Assembly (NCBI GenBank): GCA_041392955.1 | Contig: JAWKLB010000001.1 | Span: 37,344-101,343, forward strand | Reading direction: 5' to 3' | DNA: 64,000 bases | DNA from: Chitinophagales bacterium | GTDB lineage: Bacteria; Bacteroidota; Bacteroidia; Chitinophagales; BACL12 | Part shown: one piece after another, positions 1 to 7,555 of the stretch | How positions within the stretch are numbered: position 1 is the stretch's first letter | How the letters are laid out: every line of letters begins with the position of its first letter | Position numbers and translations under genes: made by a program | The notes under the pieces: generated by a model | What the model was told of the DNA's origin: nothing | Databases searched by the model: none | Seen by the model: only the letters and a program-made list of their open reading frames with translations

Positions 1-869
1 ACAAAAATATTAATAACCCTATTGGTACTACATGGATAAATAAAAATCCGATAAGCTATTATGCATATACCCGCCCCGGTGGTTATTCACGTTCAGTAAC
101 TGATATTTTTGCAAAGCGCTTTGAAGATTCTCTGGTGACATCTCTTGTTATTGATTATGACAGTACGGGGATCGCGCATCTGGCAAATCAAACAACGGTG
201 ATGGAAGACACACTTGATCCGCCATATATAACAACGCAACTTCAGTTTCTGCATTATGGCCAGGATAGTTGGTGTTTTGGTTGCGGCGGACAATTTACCG
301 ATGACCGCGACGGACAAACCTATGCGCTCGTTTGCATCGGAGATCAAACCTGGATGGCAGAGAACTTAAAGTACAATGCCCCGGGGAGCGATTGCTATCA
401 GGAGGCTTTTGATAATTGCAATATATACGGTCGATTATACGACTGGTCAACCATTATGAATGGTGCATCTTCATCATCGGCGGAACCCAGCGGTGTGCAG
501 GGAGTTTGCCCGGATGGATTTCATGTACCAAGTATTGCAGAATGGAATACATTGATTAATGCGCTGGGTGGAATTTCACTTGCCGGAGGTGCCATGAAAA
601 GCACTGATCTGTGGGCAGATCCGAATACCGGTGCAACAAACAGCAGTGGATTTAACGCATTGCCTTCAGATATTTTTAATGGTATAAACTGGACCAGTAT
701 TGAATACAGTACGTATATGTGGTCGACCACAGAAACGGCGGGAAATCCGCAGAATATCGATGTTATACTCTTGTCGAATTACAACGGAGATGCTTCCACC
801 TATTCTATATATAAAGTAGCGCCCGGTGGCAGTGCCGTACTGGCGCCTTGCAGATGCGCGCGCAATTGA
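1..869 (+). CDS. Secreted protein with FISUMP (Fibrobacter succinogenes major paralogous, TIGR02145-like) domain; 5' end outside window
   Basis: Frame 3 is open from base 3, so the GTG at 135 used by the ORF track need not be the start. Motifs FTDDRDGQTYALVCIGDQTWMAENL, YGRLYDW, CPDGFHVPSIAEWNTL and NSSGFNALPS fit the FISUMP domain. Confidence 0.7.
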   Translation, partial: KNINNPIGTTWINKNPISYYAYTRPGGYSRSVTDIFAKRFEDSLVTSLVIDYDSTGIAHLANQTTVMEDTLDPPYITTQLQFLHYGQDSWCFGCGGQFTDDRDGQTYALVCIGDQTWMAENLKYNAPGSDCYQEAFDNCNIYGRLYDWSTIMNGASSSSAEPSGVQGVCPDGFHVPSIAEWNTLINALGGISLAGGAMKSTDLWADPNTGATNSSGFNALPSDIFNGINWTSIEYSTYMWSTTETAGNPQNIDVILLSNYNGDASTYSIYKVAPGGSAVLAPCRCARN

Positions 870-903
870 TTTGAATATATATTGCAACCCCGCTCCGCAC
901 GCT

Positions 904-1067
904 CTGCAAAGTCTCCAGACTTGCAATAATGCACTGCTCTGCAAAGTCTCCGACTTGCAGCACGCACTACTGCTCTGCTAAGTCTTCAGACTTGCAGCAC
1001 CCACTACAGCTCTGCAAAGTCTCCGACTTGCAGTAATGCACAGCTCTGCAAAGTCTCCGACTTGCCG
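904..1067 (+). repeat. Array of 5 GTCTCC-core palindromic units (REP/BIME-like)
   Basis: Units CTGCAAAGTCTCC(A)GACTTGCAG start at 904, 939, 975, 1012 and 1046 (period 34-37 bp). The array lies directly downstream of the stop at 869. Confidence 0.9.
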
Positions 1068-1186
1068 CACCAATTACACAACACAAACCTTATAAAGTCT
1101 GTAAATTCTTTCTCAGCTTTCAGTTGTACATAAAATACAAAACAAATTGATTGATCCCTTTTCAGCATCTTTGTACAAAATAGTGT

Positions 1187-1543
1187 ATGCTGACAGATAT
1201 CGTTCCCAAACTACCTATGCGCGATAAGATACAGACACGTGCATTTTATACAGAAAAGCTGGGTTTCCGCGATATTGGAAGTGCCGATTATCCCGCTTAT
1301 CTGATCCTGCAAAAAGAACAAGTGGAGTTGCAGTTCTTTATTTTTGAAGGACTCGTTCCGGCAGATAATTACGGACAAGTGTATATCCGGGTGCAGGATA
1401 TTGATGTATTGTATCAGGATTTTCTAGACAATCAGGTGCTCATACATCCCAGTGGCAACCTGCAAAATAAACCCTGGGGACAAAGAGAATTTTCCCTGCT
1501 GGATCCGGATAATAATTTGTTGACCTTCGGACAAGCTCTGTAA
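1187..1543 (+). CDS. VOC family protein (glyoxalase/bleomycin-resistance fold)
   Basis: 118 aa. The pattern FYTEKLGF...QFFIFEG...YIRVQDIDVLYQDF...PWGQREFSLLDPDNNLLTFGQ is typical of small bleomycin-resistance/glyoxalase-like proteins. Confidence 0.7.
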   Translation: MLTDIVPKLPMRDKIQTRAFYTEKLGFRDIGSADYPAYLILQKEQVELQFFIFEGLVPADNYGQVYIRVQDIDVLYQDFLDNQVLIHPSGNLQNKPWGQREFSLLDPDNNLLTFGQAL

Positions 1544-1634
1544 GTACTTGTATATATTGCAATGTAGTTCTCTTTAATTAATTAAATATCACACGAAGAA
1601 ATTTTGACTGAGCATTAACTATTAAGAATACAAG

Positions 1635-2324
1635 ATGCAGGGAAGAATACATATCATTTTTCTTCTTTTTATTTCTTGCAAAAGCTATCCGCTTTTTGCT
1701 CAGTCGTTGCATGGAACATATTGCACCAATAATGGTTTTGTTGGCGATTGCATCCATTTCAAAAAGGACAAAACATTTCAATATGATGCATGGGGTTGTT
1801 TTGGATCTTCTATAGGTACGGGCACTTACTTGCTGGGTAATGATTCCCTGGTCCTCCGATTTGATCCCATGGATTCAACTGAGTTGCACCTTTTTACTGT
1901 GGAAAGAGAAAGTTCAGCAGTATCCGATTCTGCCCTAATTACGATAATCGTTACGGATGATCAGGAAATGCCGCTTTCCTCCGCATATATCAGTATGACA
2001 TATTATTATCAGGGTGACACAACACATATTATTCAGACGGCAAAAACTGATCAGGATGGAGTAGCCGGCGTATATCTTCCATTAGGTGCAGAACAGATAC
2101 GTGTGCAGTCTACTTTTCTTGGGCAGAGTTCTGAACTTTTTACGTTGGATGCAAAAAAGGATTATTTACTTCACTGTCGTTTCTATATGGATGATCCGTT
2201 ACAGATAAAAAATGTGCTCAGTTTCTATAGGGTAATTTCTATTCAAAAAGGGACCATTATATTGCAGGATGCCGGCGGGCAAATATATACTTATCATAAA
2301 GGTAAGCGGAGAAAAAAAGATTAG
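1635..2324 (+). CDS. Hypothetical secreted protein
   Basis: N-terminal hydrophobic signal-like segment (IIFLLFISCKSYPLFAQS). No family recognised. Confidence 0.5.
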   Translation: MQGRIHIIFLLFISCKSYPLFAQSLHGTYCTNNGFVGDCIHFKKDKTFQYDAWGCFGSSIGTGTYLLGNDSLVLRFDPMDSTELHLFTVERESSAVSDSALITIIVTDDQEMPLSSAYISMTYYYQGDTTHIIQTAKTDQDGVAGVYLPLGAEQIRVQSTFLGQSSELFTLDAKKDYLLHCRFYMDDPLQIKNVLSFYRVISIQKGTIILQDAGGQIYTYHKGKRRKKD

Positions 2325-2624
2325 CCTTTACAGATATCAAACGATACCACGCGTCGAGGTATATATGATGTGTTCACCTTAAAAGAGTGTTCTTAAAAGA
2401 ATATAGAAAGGGATGTTCCGGAATTACCATGACTTTGGTTATAGCCAAAAGATTGTTTCCGGGCCGAAGGCAATTTGTTTACAGGCGAAATGCGATCTGT
2501 AGCAGTAAACCTATTAAAGTGCTGATCTTTAACCGAAGGCGCCGGATGGCCTGTCACTCGATGTATAAAGGAAGGGTATTATTTCAATGTCAAATTCCTT
2601 AGTTTTATCCACCCAATCTCATTT

Positions 2625-3728
2625 ATGCCACTCTATATGGACATCCACAGCGTTCCGGGCGTCAAGTCGCGGGATGTTGCTGAAGCACATCGCATGGACC
2701 TGTTGCATCAGGGGGAATATGGATGTAACTGCATGACCTACTGGATAGATGAGGATAGAGAAACCATTTTTTGTCTGATCGAGGCTACCGACAGAGATGC
2801 CGTTAAGAACATGCATAGCAAAGCGCATGGACTGGTGCCGCATAAGATCATTGAAGTGAGCAGCAATATTGTGCAATCTTTTTTGGGCAGAATATATGAC
2901 CCGGATGATGCCGTCATGGAAAATGGCCTCAAGGTATTTGCCAATCCGGGCTTTCGTGTACTCCTGATCGCAGAGACCATGGATCAAACTCTGATGCGGA
3001 GCCACCTTGGAACGGATGCAGCAAATACCTTGATCGCGACATTCAACGCTGAGGTCAGAAAGCAGTTATTGTTGCATAATGGAAGCGAAGTGGAACACCC
3101 GGGAGAAGGTTTTCTGGTTTCTTTTGCATCTGCCTCACAGGCCGTGAAATGCACCCTGGCCATTAAGGACCAATTGCCTGAAGAAGTTGCGCAATCTCTG
3201 GATCTGCATATGGCCATCAATGGTGGTGAGCCCATTGAGAAAAGCAACAATCTGTTTGGCGATGCTATACAGTTCGGACATTACTTGTGTTCTATTTTAA
3301 GCAAAGAAAGAGTGGCATTATCTGCCCAGATAAAAGAACTCGCTTCTAAAGAACTGGTGCAAAATCAGAAAGGTCGTTTGTACATATTATCGCAAGCCGA
3401 TGAAGATCTGCTGAAATTATTGTATGCTACACTCGAAGAGAAATATGCCGACCAGTATTTCGATCTCTCTGAATTTTCCCGCGCCATGGCCATGAGCCAA
3501 ACGCAGTTGTATCGCAAGCTGACCACACTCACCGGACACGCCTCCAATGCATTGTTAAAAGAATTCCGCCTGGAAAAGGCAAAGGAATTTATGCAGAAAG
3601 GAATCCATTCTATCTCTCAGGTAGCCTTTGACACAGGCTTTTCCAGTCCTTCCTATTTTACCAAATGCTTTAAGTCCAGATACGGACTCTTGCCCATGGA
3701 ATATATTGAGCTGCTGCAACGGCAGTGA
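2625..3728 (+). CDS. Transcriptional regulator: N-terminal DUF4242 domain, central degenerate class III cyclase-like domain, C-terminal AraC-type HTH
   Basis: The N-terminus MPLYMDIHSVPG...AEAHRMDLLHQGEYGCNCMTYWIDEDRETIFCLIEA...HSKAHGLVPHKIIEV is paralogous to the two downstream genes. The middle has GEGFLVSFASASQAVKCTLAIKD and GDAIQFG. The C-terminus QVAFDTGFSSPSYFTKCFKSRYGLLPMEY is an AraC HTH. Confidence 0.7.
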   Translation: MPLYMDIHSVPGVKSRDVAEAHRMDLLHQGEYGCNCMTYWIDEDRETIFCLIEATDRDAVKNMHSKAHGLVPHKIIEVSSNIVQSFLGRIYDPDDAVMENGLKVFANPGFRVLLIAETMDQTLMRSHLGTDAANTLIATFNAEVRKQLLLHNGSEVEHPGEGFLVSFASASQAVKCTLAIKDQLPEEVAQSLDLHMAINGGEPIEKSNNLFGDAIQFGHYLCSILSKERVALSAQIKELASKELVQNQKGRLYILSQADEDLLKLLYATLEEKYADQYFDLSEFSRAMAMSQTQLYRKLTTLTGHASNALLKEFRLEKAKEFMQKGIHSISQVAFDTGFSSPSYFTKCFKSRYGLLPMEYIELLQRQ

Positions 3729-3888
3729 TAGCAGAAGTATTGTACACCAAGTGTCTGCATGAATTTTACCATCCTTTGGACAGATTTTACCATGCCGGTG
3801 CCATGGAATGGTTGATTTGTTACAGCCGGGGAGCATTTCCCGCTCTTTCTTTGCTCTTACAAAAACAAACAAATCAAAATCAATAATT

Positions 3889-4173
3889 ATGAAAACGTAT
3901 TTGATCCAAAGGAATCTTCCCAATGCGGGAACCCTCACACTCGAACAAAAAATTTCCATTGCACAACGCTCCTGCGCCGTGATAGAAGAACTTGGCCATG
4001 ACCATTTGGTTTGGGACCACAGCTATATCACCGCTGATAACCTGTGGTGTGTATACCAGGCAGAAAATGAAGAAGTATTGCGTGAGCATGCGCGCCGCGG
4101 TCCTTTCCCGCTCGACAATATCTTCGAAGTGAAAGGAACTTTCAGTCCGGCAACTGCAGAATTAGTAGCATAA
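3889..4173 (+). CDS. DUF4242 domain protein (SCO4226-like), stand-alone, cytoplasmic
   Basis: I moved the start to the in-frame ATG at 3889 (MKTYLIQRNLP...), because the upstream extension is low-complexity. The sequence is about 94 aa with WDHSYITADNLWCVYQAENEEVLREHARRG and has no signal peptide. Confidence 0.65.
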   Translation: MKTYLIQRNLPNAGTLTLEQKISIAQRSCAVIEELGHDHLVWDHSYITADNLWCVYQAENEEVLREHARRGPFPLDNIFEVKGTFSPATAELVA

Positions 4174-4207
4174 AAAATTATTCAGGCAAAAAGTAAAACG
4201 TACTACA

Positions 4208-4828
4208 ATGAAAAAAAGAACAAGCATACTCGCGATCCTCTTTATACAATGCATCGCGCTTTCCGTTCATGCACAAACAAGTGCAGATAATTCCGGCACA
4301 CAGCATTTATATCTCGATGTCCATAAACTAGAACCCGGCTCCGTAACTTTCTCCGATGTGGAGGCTGCACATCAGAAAGATCTCGCAACAGAGGCAAAAT
4401 ATGGAGTTCAGTTCCTGAAATTCTGGGTAGATGAAAAAGAAGGTTTGGTATATTGTTTATCTTCTGCATCGGATAGTGCGGATATCAAACAAACACATGC
4501 CGAAGCACATGGTTTGATACCCGATCATATTTATGAGGTTACCGATGGCACCGCCGATCAGATGTTATCCGGCAAGAAATTGTTTTTGGATATCCATTAT
4601 CTGGGTGCAGGAAATGTAACAGCAACCGCGGTAGCCGGTGCACACGAAAAAGATCTTGCAACGCAATCAAAATACGGTGTGCACTTTATCAACTATTGGG
4701 TAGATGAAGCCGAAGGTGTTGTGATCTGTCTTTCACAGGCCGACGAAGCAGAAGATGTGATCAAAACACATACAGAAGCACATGGCCTCATCCCGACAGA
4801 AGTATTGGAAGTGCAGGAAGGTATGTAA
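4208..4828 (+). CDS. Secreted protein with two tandem DUF4242 domains
   Basis: Signal peptide MKKRTSILAILFIQCIALSVHAQ. Two internal repeats follow: LYLDVHKL...AAHQKDLATEAKYGVQFLKFWVDEKEGLVYCLS...HAEAHGLIPDHIYEV and LFLDIHYL...GAHEKDLATQSKYGVHFINYWVDEAEGVVICLS...HTEAHGLIPTEVLEV. Confidence 0.7.
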   Translation: MKKRTSILAILFIQCIALSVHAQTSADNSGTQHLYLDVHKLEPGSVTFSDVEAAHQKDLATEAKYGVQFLKFWVDEKEGLVYCLSSASDSADIKQTHAEAHGLIPDHIYEVTDGTADQMLSGKKLFLDIHYLGAGNVTATAVAGAHEKDLATQSKYGVHFINYWVDEAEGVVICLSQADEAEDVIKTHTEAHGLIPTEVLEVQEGM

Positions 4829-4896
4829 CCGGACAGCAATGCATTACTTTCTATCACCATCTGCCCATTAAAATATTTGGAGTAAAATATGATTAA

Positions 4897-4932
4897 ATGG
4901 CACCCGTTATGTCGGGTGCCATTCGTTTTTTT
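4897..4932 (+). terminator. Rho-independent terminator
   Basis: ATGGCACCCG-TTATGT-CGGGTGCCAT is a perfect 10-bp stem, followed by TCGTTTTTTT. Confidence 0.75.
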
Positions 4933-4948
4933 CATCCGCTCTTCCGCT

Positions 4949-5239
4949 CTGCAAAGTCTCCAGACTTGCAGTAATGCACAGTTCTGCAAAGTCTCCAGAC
5001 TTGCAGCACGCTCTGCTCTGCAAAGTCTCCAGACTTGCAGCACGTTCTGCTCTGCAAAGTCTCCAGACTTGCAGCACGCTCTTCCGCTCTGCAATGTCTC
5101 CGACATGCAGTAATGCACAGCTCTGCAAAGTCTCCAGACTTGCAGCACGTTCTGCTCTGCAAAGTCTCCGACTTGCAGCACCGCTCTTCCGCTCTGCAAT
5201 GTCTCCGACATGCAGAACCATTTCCTGGTCTCCGACCAG
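4949..5239 (+). repeat. Array of 8 GTCTCC-core palindromic units plus one short-stem relative
   Basis: Units start at 4949, 4984, 5018, 5052, 5089, 5123, 5157 and 5194. A short relative, CTGGTC-TCC-GACCAG, lies at 5225-5239. Linkers are drawn from three recurring sequence types. Confidence 0.9.
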
Positions 5240-5374
5240 CTTATAAAGCCTTCGGTATTATACATATTAAAGTACAAAAGCATCACACGCTTTTCATATT
5301 CTACTCCAATTGTAACATCTTTTAGTTACATTTGATATGCGCATGTAAATTCAAATTCATTAAAAAATAATATT

Positions 5375-7540
5375 ATGTTTTTTTACCGTTCAGCAAGTGT
5401 CCGGAATGCCTTATTCTTTTTTTGCATCTGCGTTTTATCTACTGTTGGCAATGCCCAGGCACCGGCAATACAATGGGAGCATTTATATTGTGATGGTCCC
5501 TATAATGATGCGACTTTTGTTCTGATGAATGATGGTGGAGCTGTTATTGGAACTTCTGCAAAAACAAATATATATTGTGAAAAATCCGAATATGGGGAAG
5601 GTGGTTATGATTACTGGATATATAGAATAGATTCAATTGGAAATATCATATGGCAAAATGTGATCGGAGGCTCGGGTGATGATAAACTTTCTTGTATAAA
5701 TAAAACCAGTGATGGCGGATTTATTTTAGCCGGAGCTTCAAATTCGCCGATATCAGGAGATAAAACTGAACCTCGTCAGGACTTGACCTATCCTTTTTCT
5801 GATGATATGTGGATTATTAAACTCGATTCAGTGGGAAACATACAATGGCAAAATACAATTGGTGGAAATTATGGAGAATGGGATGCATATATTGAACAGA
5901 CTACGAGCGGCGCTTATATATTGAGCTGCACTTCAAATTCTCATTTATCGGGAGATAAAATGGAAGATGTAATTGGGGGCACTACAAATGACGATTTTTG
6001 GATATTAAAGCTGAATCCGTCCGGAAATATCATGTGGCAAAATACAATTGGCGGTACGGAAAATGATTGGGTAAGTGCCGTGCATCAATTGCCCGATGGT
6101 GGTTATATATGTGCGGGTACATCCGCATCTCCGATATCCGGTGATAAAACAGAAGCCAATTTAACTCCAGGGTATACTGATTACTGGATCGTTAAATTGA
6201 ATAATGGCGGTGATGTTGTATGGGATAAAACCCTTGGTGGTTTATATAGTGATTGGTCAGCTGATATCATACGCGAAGATGATGGCACATTTACATTAGG
6301 AGGTTCGGGTGGTAACTATTTTGGTTTGAATTTTCAAGTGCTCCGTTTAAGTGCGGATGGTGAACTTATTTGGGAACATATATTGGATGCACCTAATTCG
6401 GATTTGAAAAGTATAAGCAAGACAATGGACGGTGGGTATATATTGGGAGGCTCTTCCAGTACGGATTATTGGACAGATAAAACGGATCCGAATAAACCTG
6501 CAAATGATTATGGATGGGAAGGTTGGGATATGTGGGTGGTTAAAACAGATTCTATGGGCAACCATGTTTGGGATAATGCCTTGGGTTCCGGTGATGATGA
6601 TGGCGTTGCATTTGTTCGGGAGACGGCAGATGGTGGATATCTGGTGAGTGGTTATGCCGGACATGATGATGAAGGAGATATATCTGATAAAGCTTCGTTA
6701 TACGACGGAACCTGGATCGTTAAATTGGCGAGTGCCGCCTGTGTGCCAACCATTGAATTATGCAATGGTATAGATGATAATTGCGATGGTATTGCCGACA
6801 ATGGTGTTGTAGAGAGCATTGTTGTATCGCCTGCCGGTCCGGTAACGTTTTGCAAAGGAGAGAGCGTTGACCTGAACGTTGTATCCTATACAGGCACCGG
6901 TGTGCAATGGAAAAAAAATGGTGAAGATATTCCAGGTGCTACGGACATAACTTACACGGCCACCAAAACAGGATTATATACATGTCAGACAAGCAGCGAT
7001 TGTGGCTTTGCTATTTCTTCCATCATCGATGTGACAGCAAACAAAATTCCAAATGCCAGTATTGATGCAGATGGACCTGTCACATTTTGCAGTGGTGATA
7101 GTGTAACATTGATCGAGACTCCATTTGGCGGATGCTCCTATCAATGGTATATAGGACATACACCAATACCCGGTGCAACAAGCACCTCCTTTGAAGCTTT
7201 TGCTGATGGCAATTACAGATGTGCCGTAACCAAAGTGGCCACGGGATGCACGGGAATTTCCAATAAGATCACTGTATCAGTTCCGTGCAGGGAAACAAAT
7301 GATCCATCCTTGCAAGATGTATTGCTATACCCAAATCCCACGTCAGATCTGTTATTTGTATCCACTTCTTTTACAGCTTTTGAATACCAGGTTACAGATA
7401 TGCCGGGTGCATTAATAGCAACCGGCATTTCGGATGAGAGCAACGCCATTTGTCCTGTTTCTGCATTGCAACCGGGTTGTTATTTTCTTACCTGTATATC
7501 AAATAACAAGATCTGCACAGTATCCTTTATTAAACAATAA
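5375..7540 (+). CDS. T9SS-secreted repeat (propeller-like) protein with MopE-like Cys motif, two Ig-like modules and type-A sorting domain
   Basis: It has a signal peptide. About 8 repeats of the pattern DGG(Y/F)IL.G.S.S..SGDKTE....DYWI.KL...GN..W...IGG follow. Then come CNGIDDNCDG and two modules of FC.G(E/D)SV.L...W..NG..IPGAT. The C-terminus LLYPNPTSDLLFV... is typical of a T9SS CTD. Confidence 0.8.
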   Translation: MFFYRSASVRNALFFFCICVLSTVGNAQAPAIQWEHLYCDGPYNDATFVLMNDGGAVIGTSAKTNIYCEKSEYGEGGYDYWIYRIDSIGNIIWQNVIGGSGDDKLSCINKTSDGGFILAGASNSPISGDKTEPRQDLTYPFSDDMWIIKLDSVGNIQWQNTIGGNYGEWDAYIEQTTSGAYILSCTSNSHLSGDKMEDVIGGTTNDDFWILKLNPSGNIMWQNTIGGTENDWVSAVHQLPDGGYICAGTSASPISGDKTEANLTPGYTDYWIVKLNNGGDVVWDKTLGGLYSDWSADIIREDDGTFTLGGSGGNYFGLNFQVLRLSADGELIWEHILDAPNSDLKSISKTMDGGYILGGSSSTDYWTDKTDPNKPANDYGWEGWDMWVVKTDSMGNHVWDNALGSGDDDGVAFVRETADGGYLVSGYAGHDDEGDISDKASLYDGTWIVKLASAACVPTIELCNGIDDNCDGIADNGVVESIVVSPAGPVTFCKGESVDLNVVSYTGTGVQWKKNGEDIPGATDITYTATKTGLYTCQTSSDCGFAISSIIDVTANKIPNASIDADGPVTFCSGDSVTLIETPFGGCSYQWYIGHTPIPGATSTSFEAFADGNYRCAVTKVATGCTGISNKITVSVPCRETNDPSLQDVLLYPNPTSDLLFVSTSFTAFEYQVTDMPGALIATGISDESNAICPVSALQPGCYFLTCISNNKICTVSFIKQ

Positions 7541-7555
7541 CCCGCTCTGCACGCT

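Noticed and set aside
4949-5215. Regularly spaced direct repeats that could be a CRISPR array
   Set aside because: The repeats are only 22-23 nt and the 'spacers' are 11-15 nt. The spacers are themselves drawn from three recurring sequences. No cas genes are present. The same holds for the arrays at 904, 7556 and 19950.
4693-5286. ORFs of 74-197 aa on both strands running through the palindromic array (4693..5286-, 4907..5221-, 4974..5246+, 5035..5325+), and similar ones at 7434-7876
   Set aside because: They translate the tandem repeat in several frames at once (e.g. LQVWRLCRA repeated). They have no start context or family resemblance and are artefacts of repeat periodicity.
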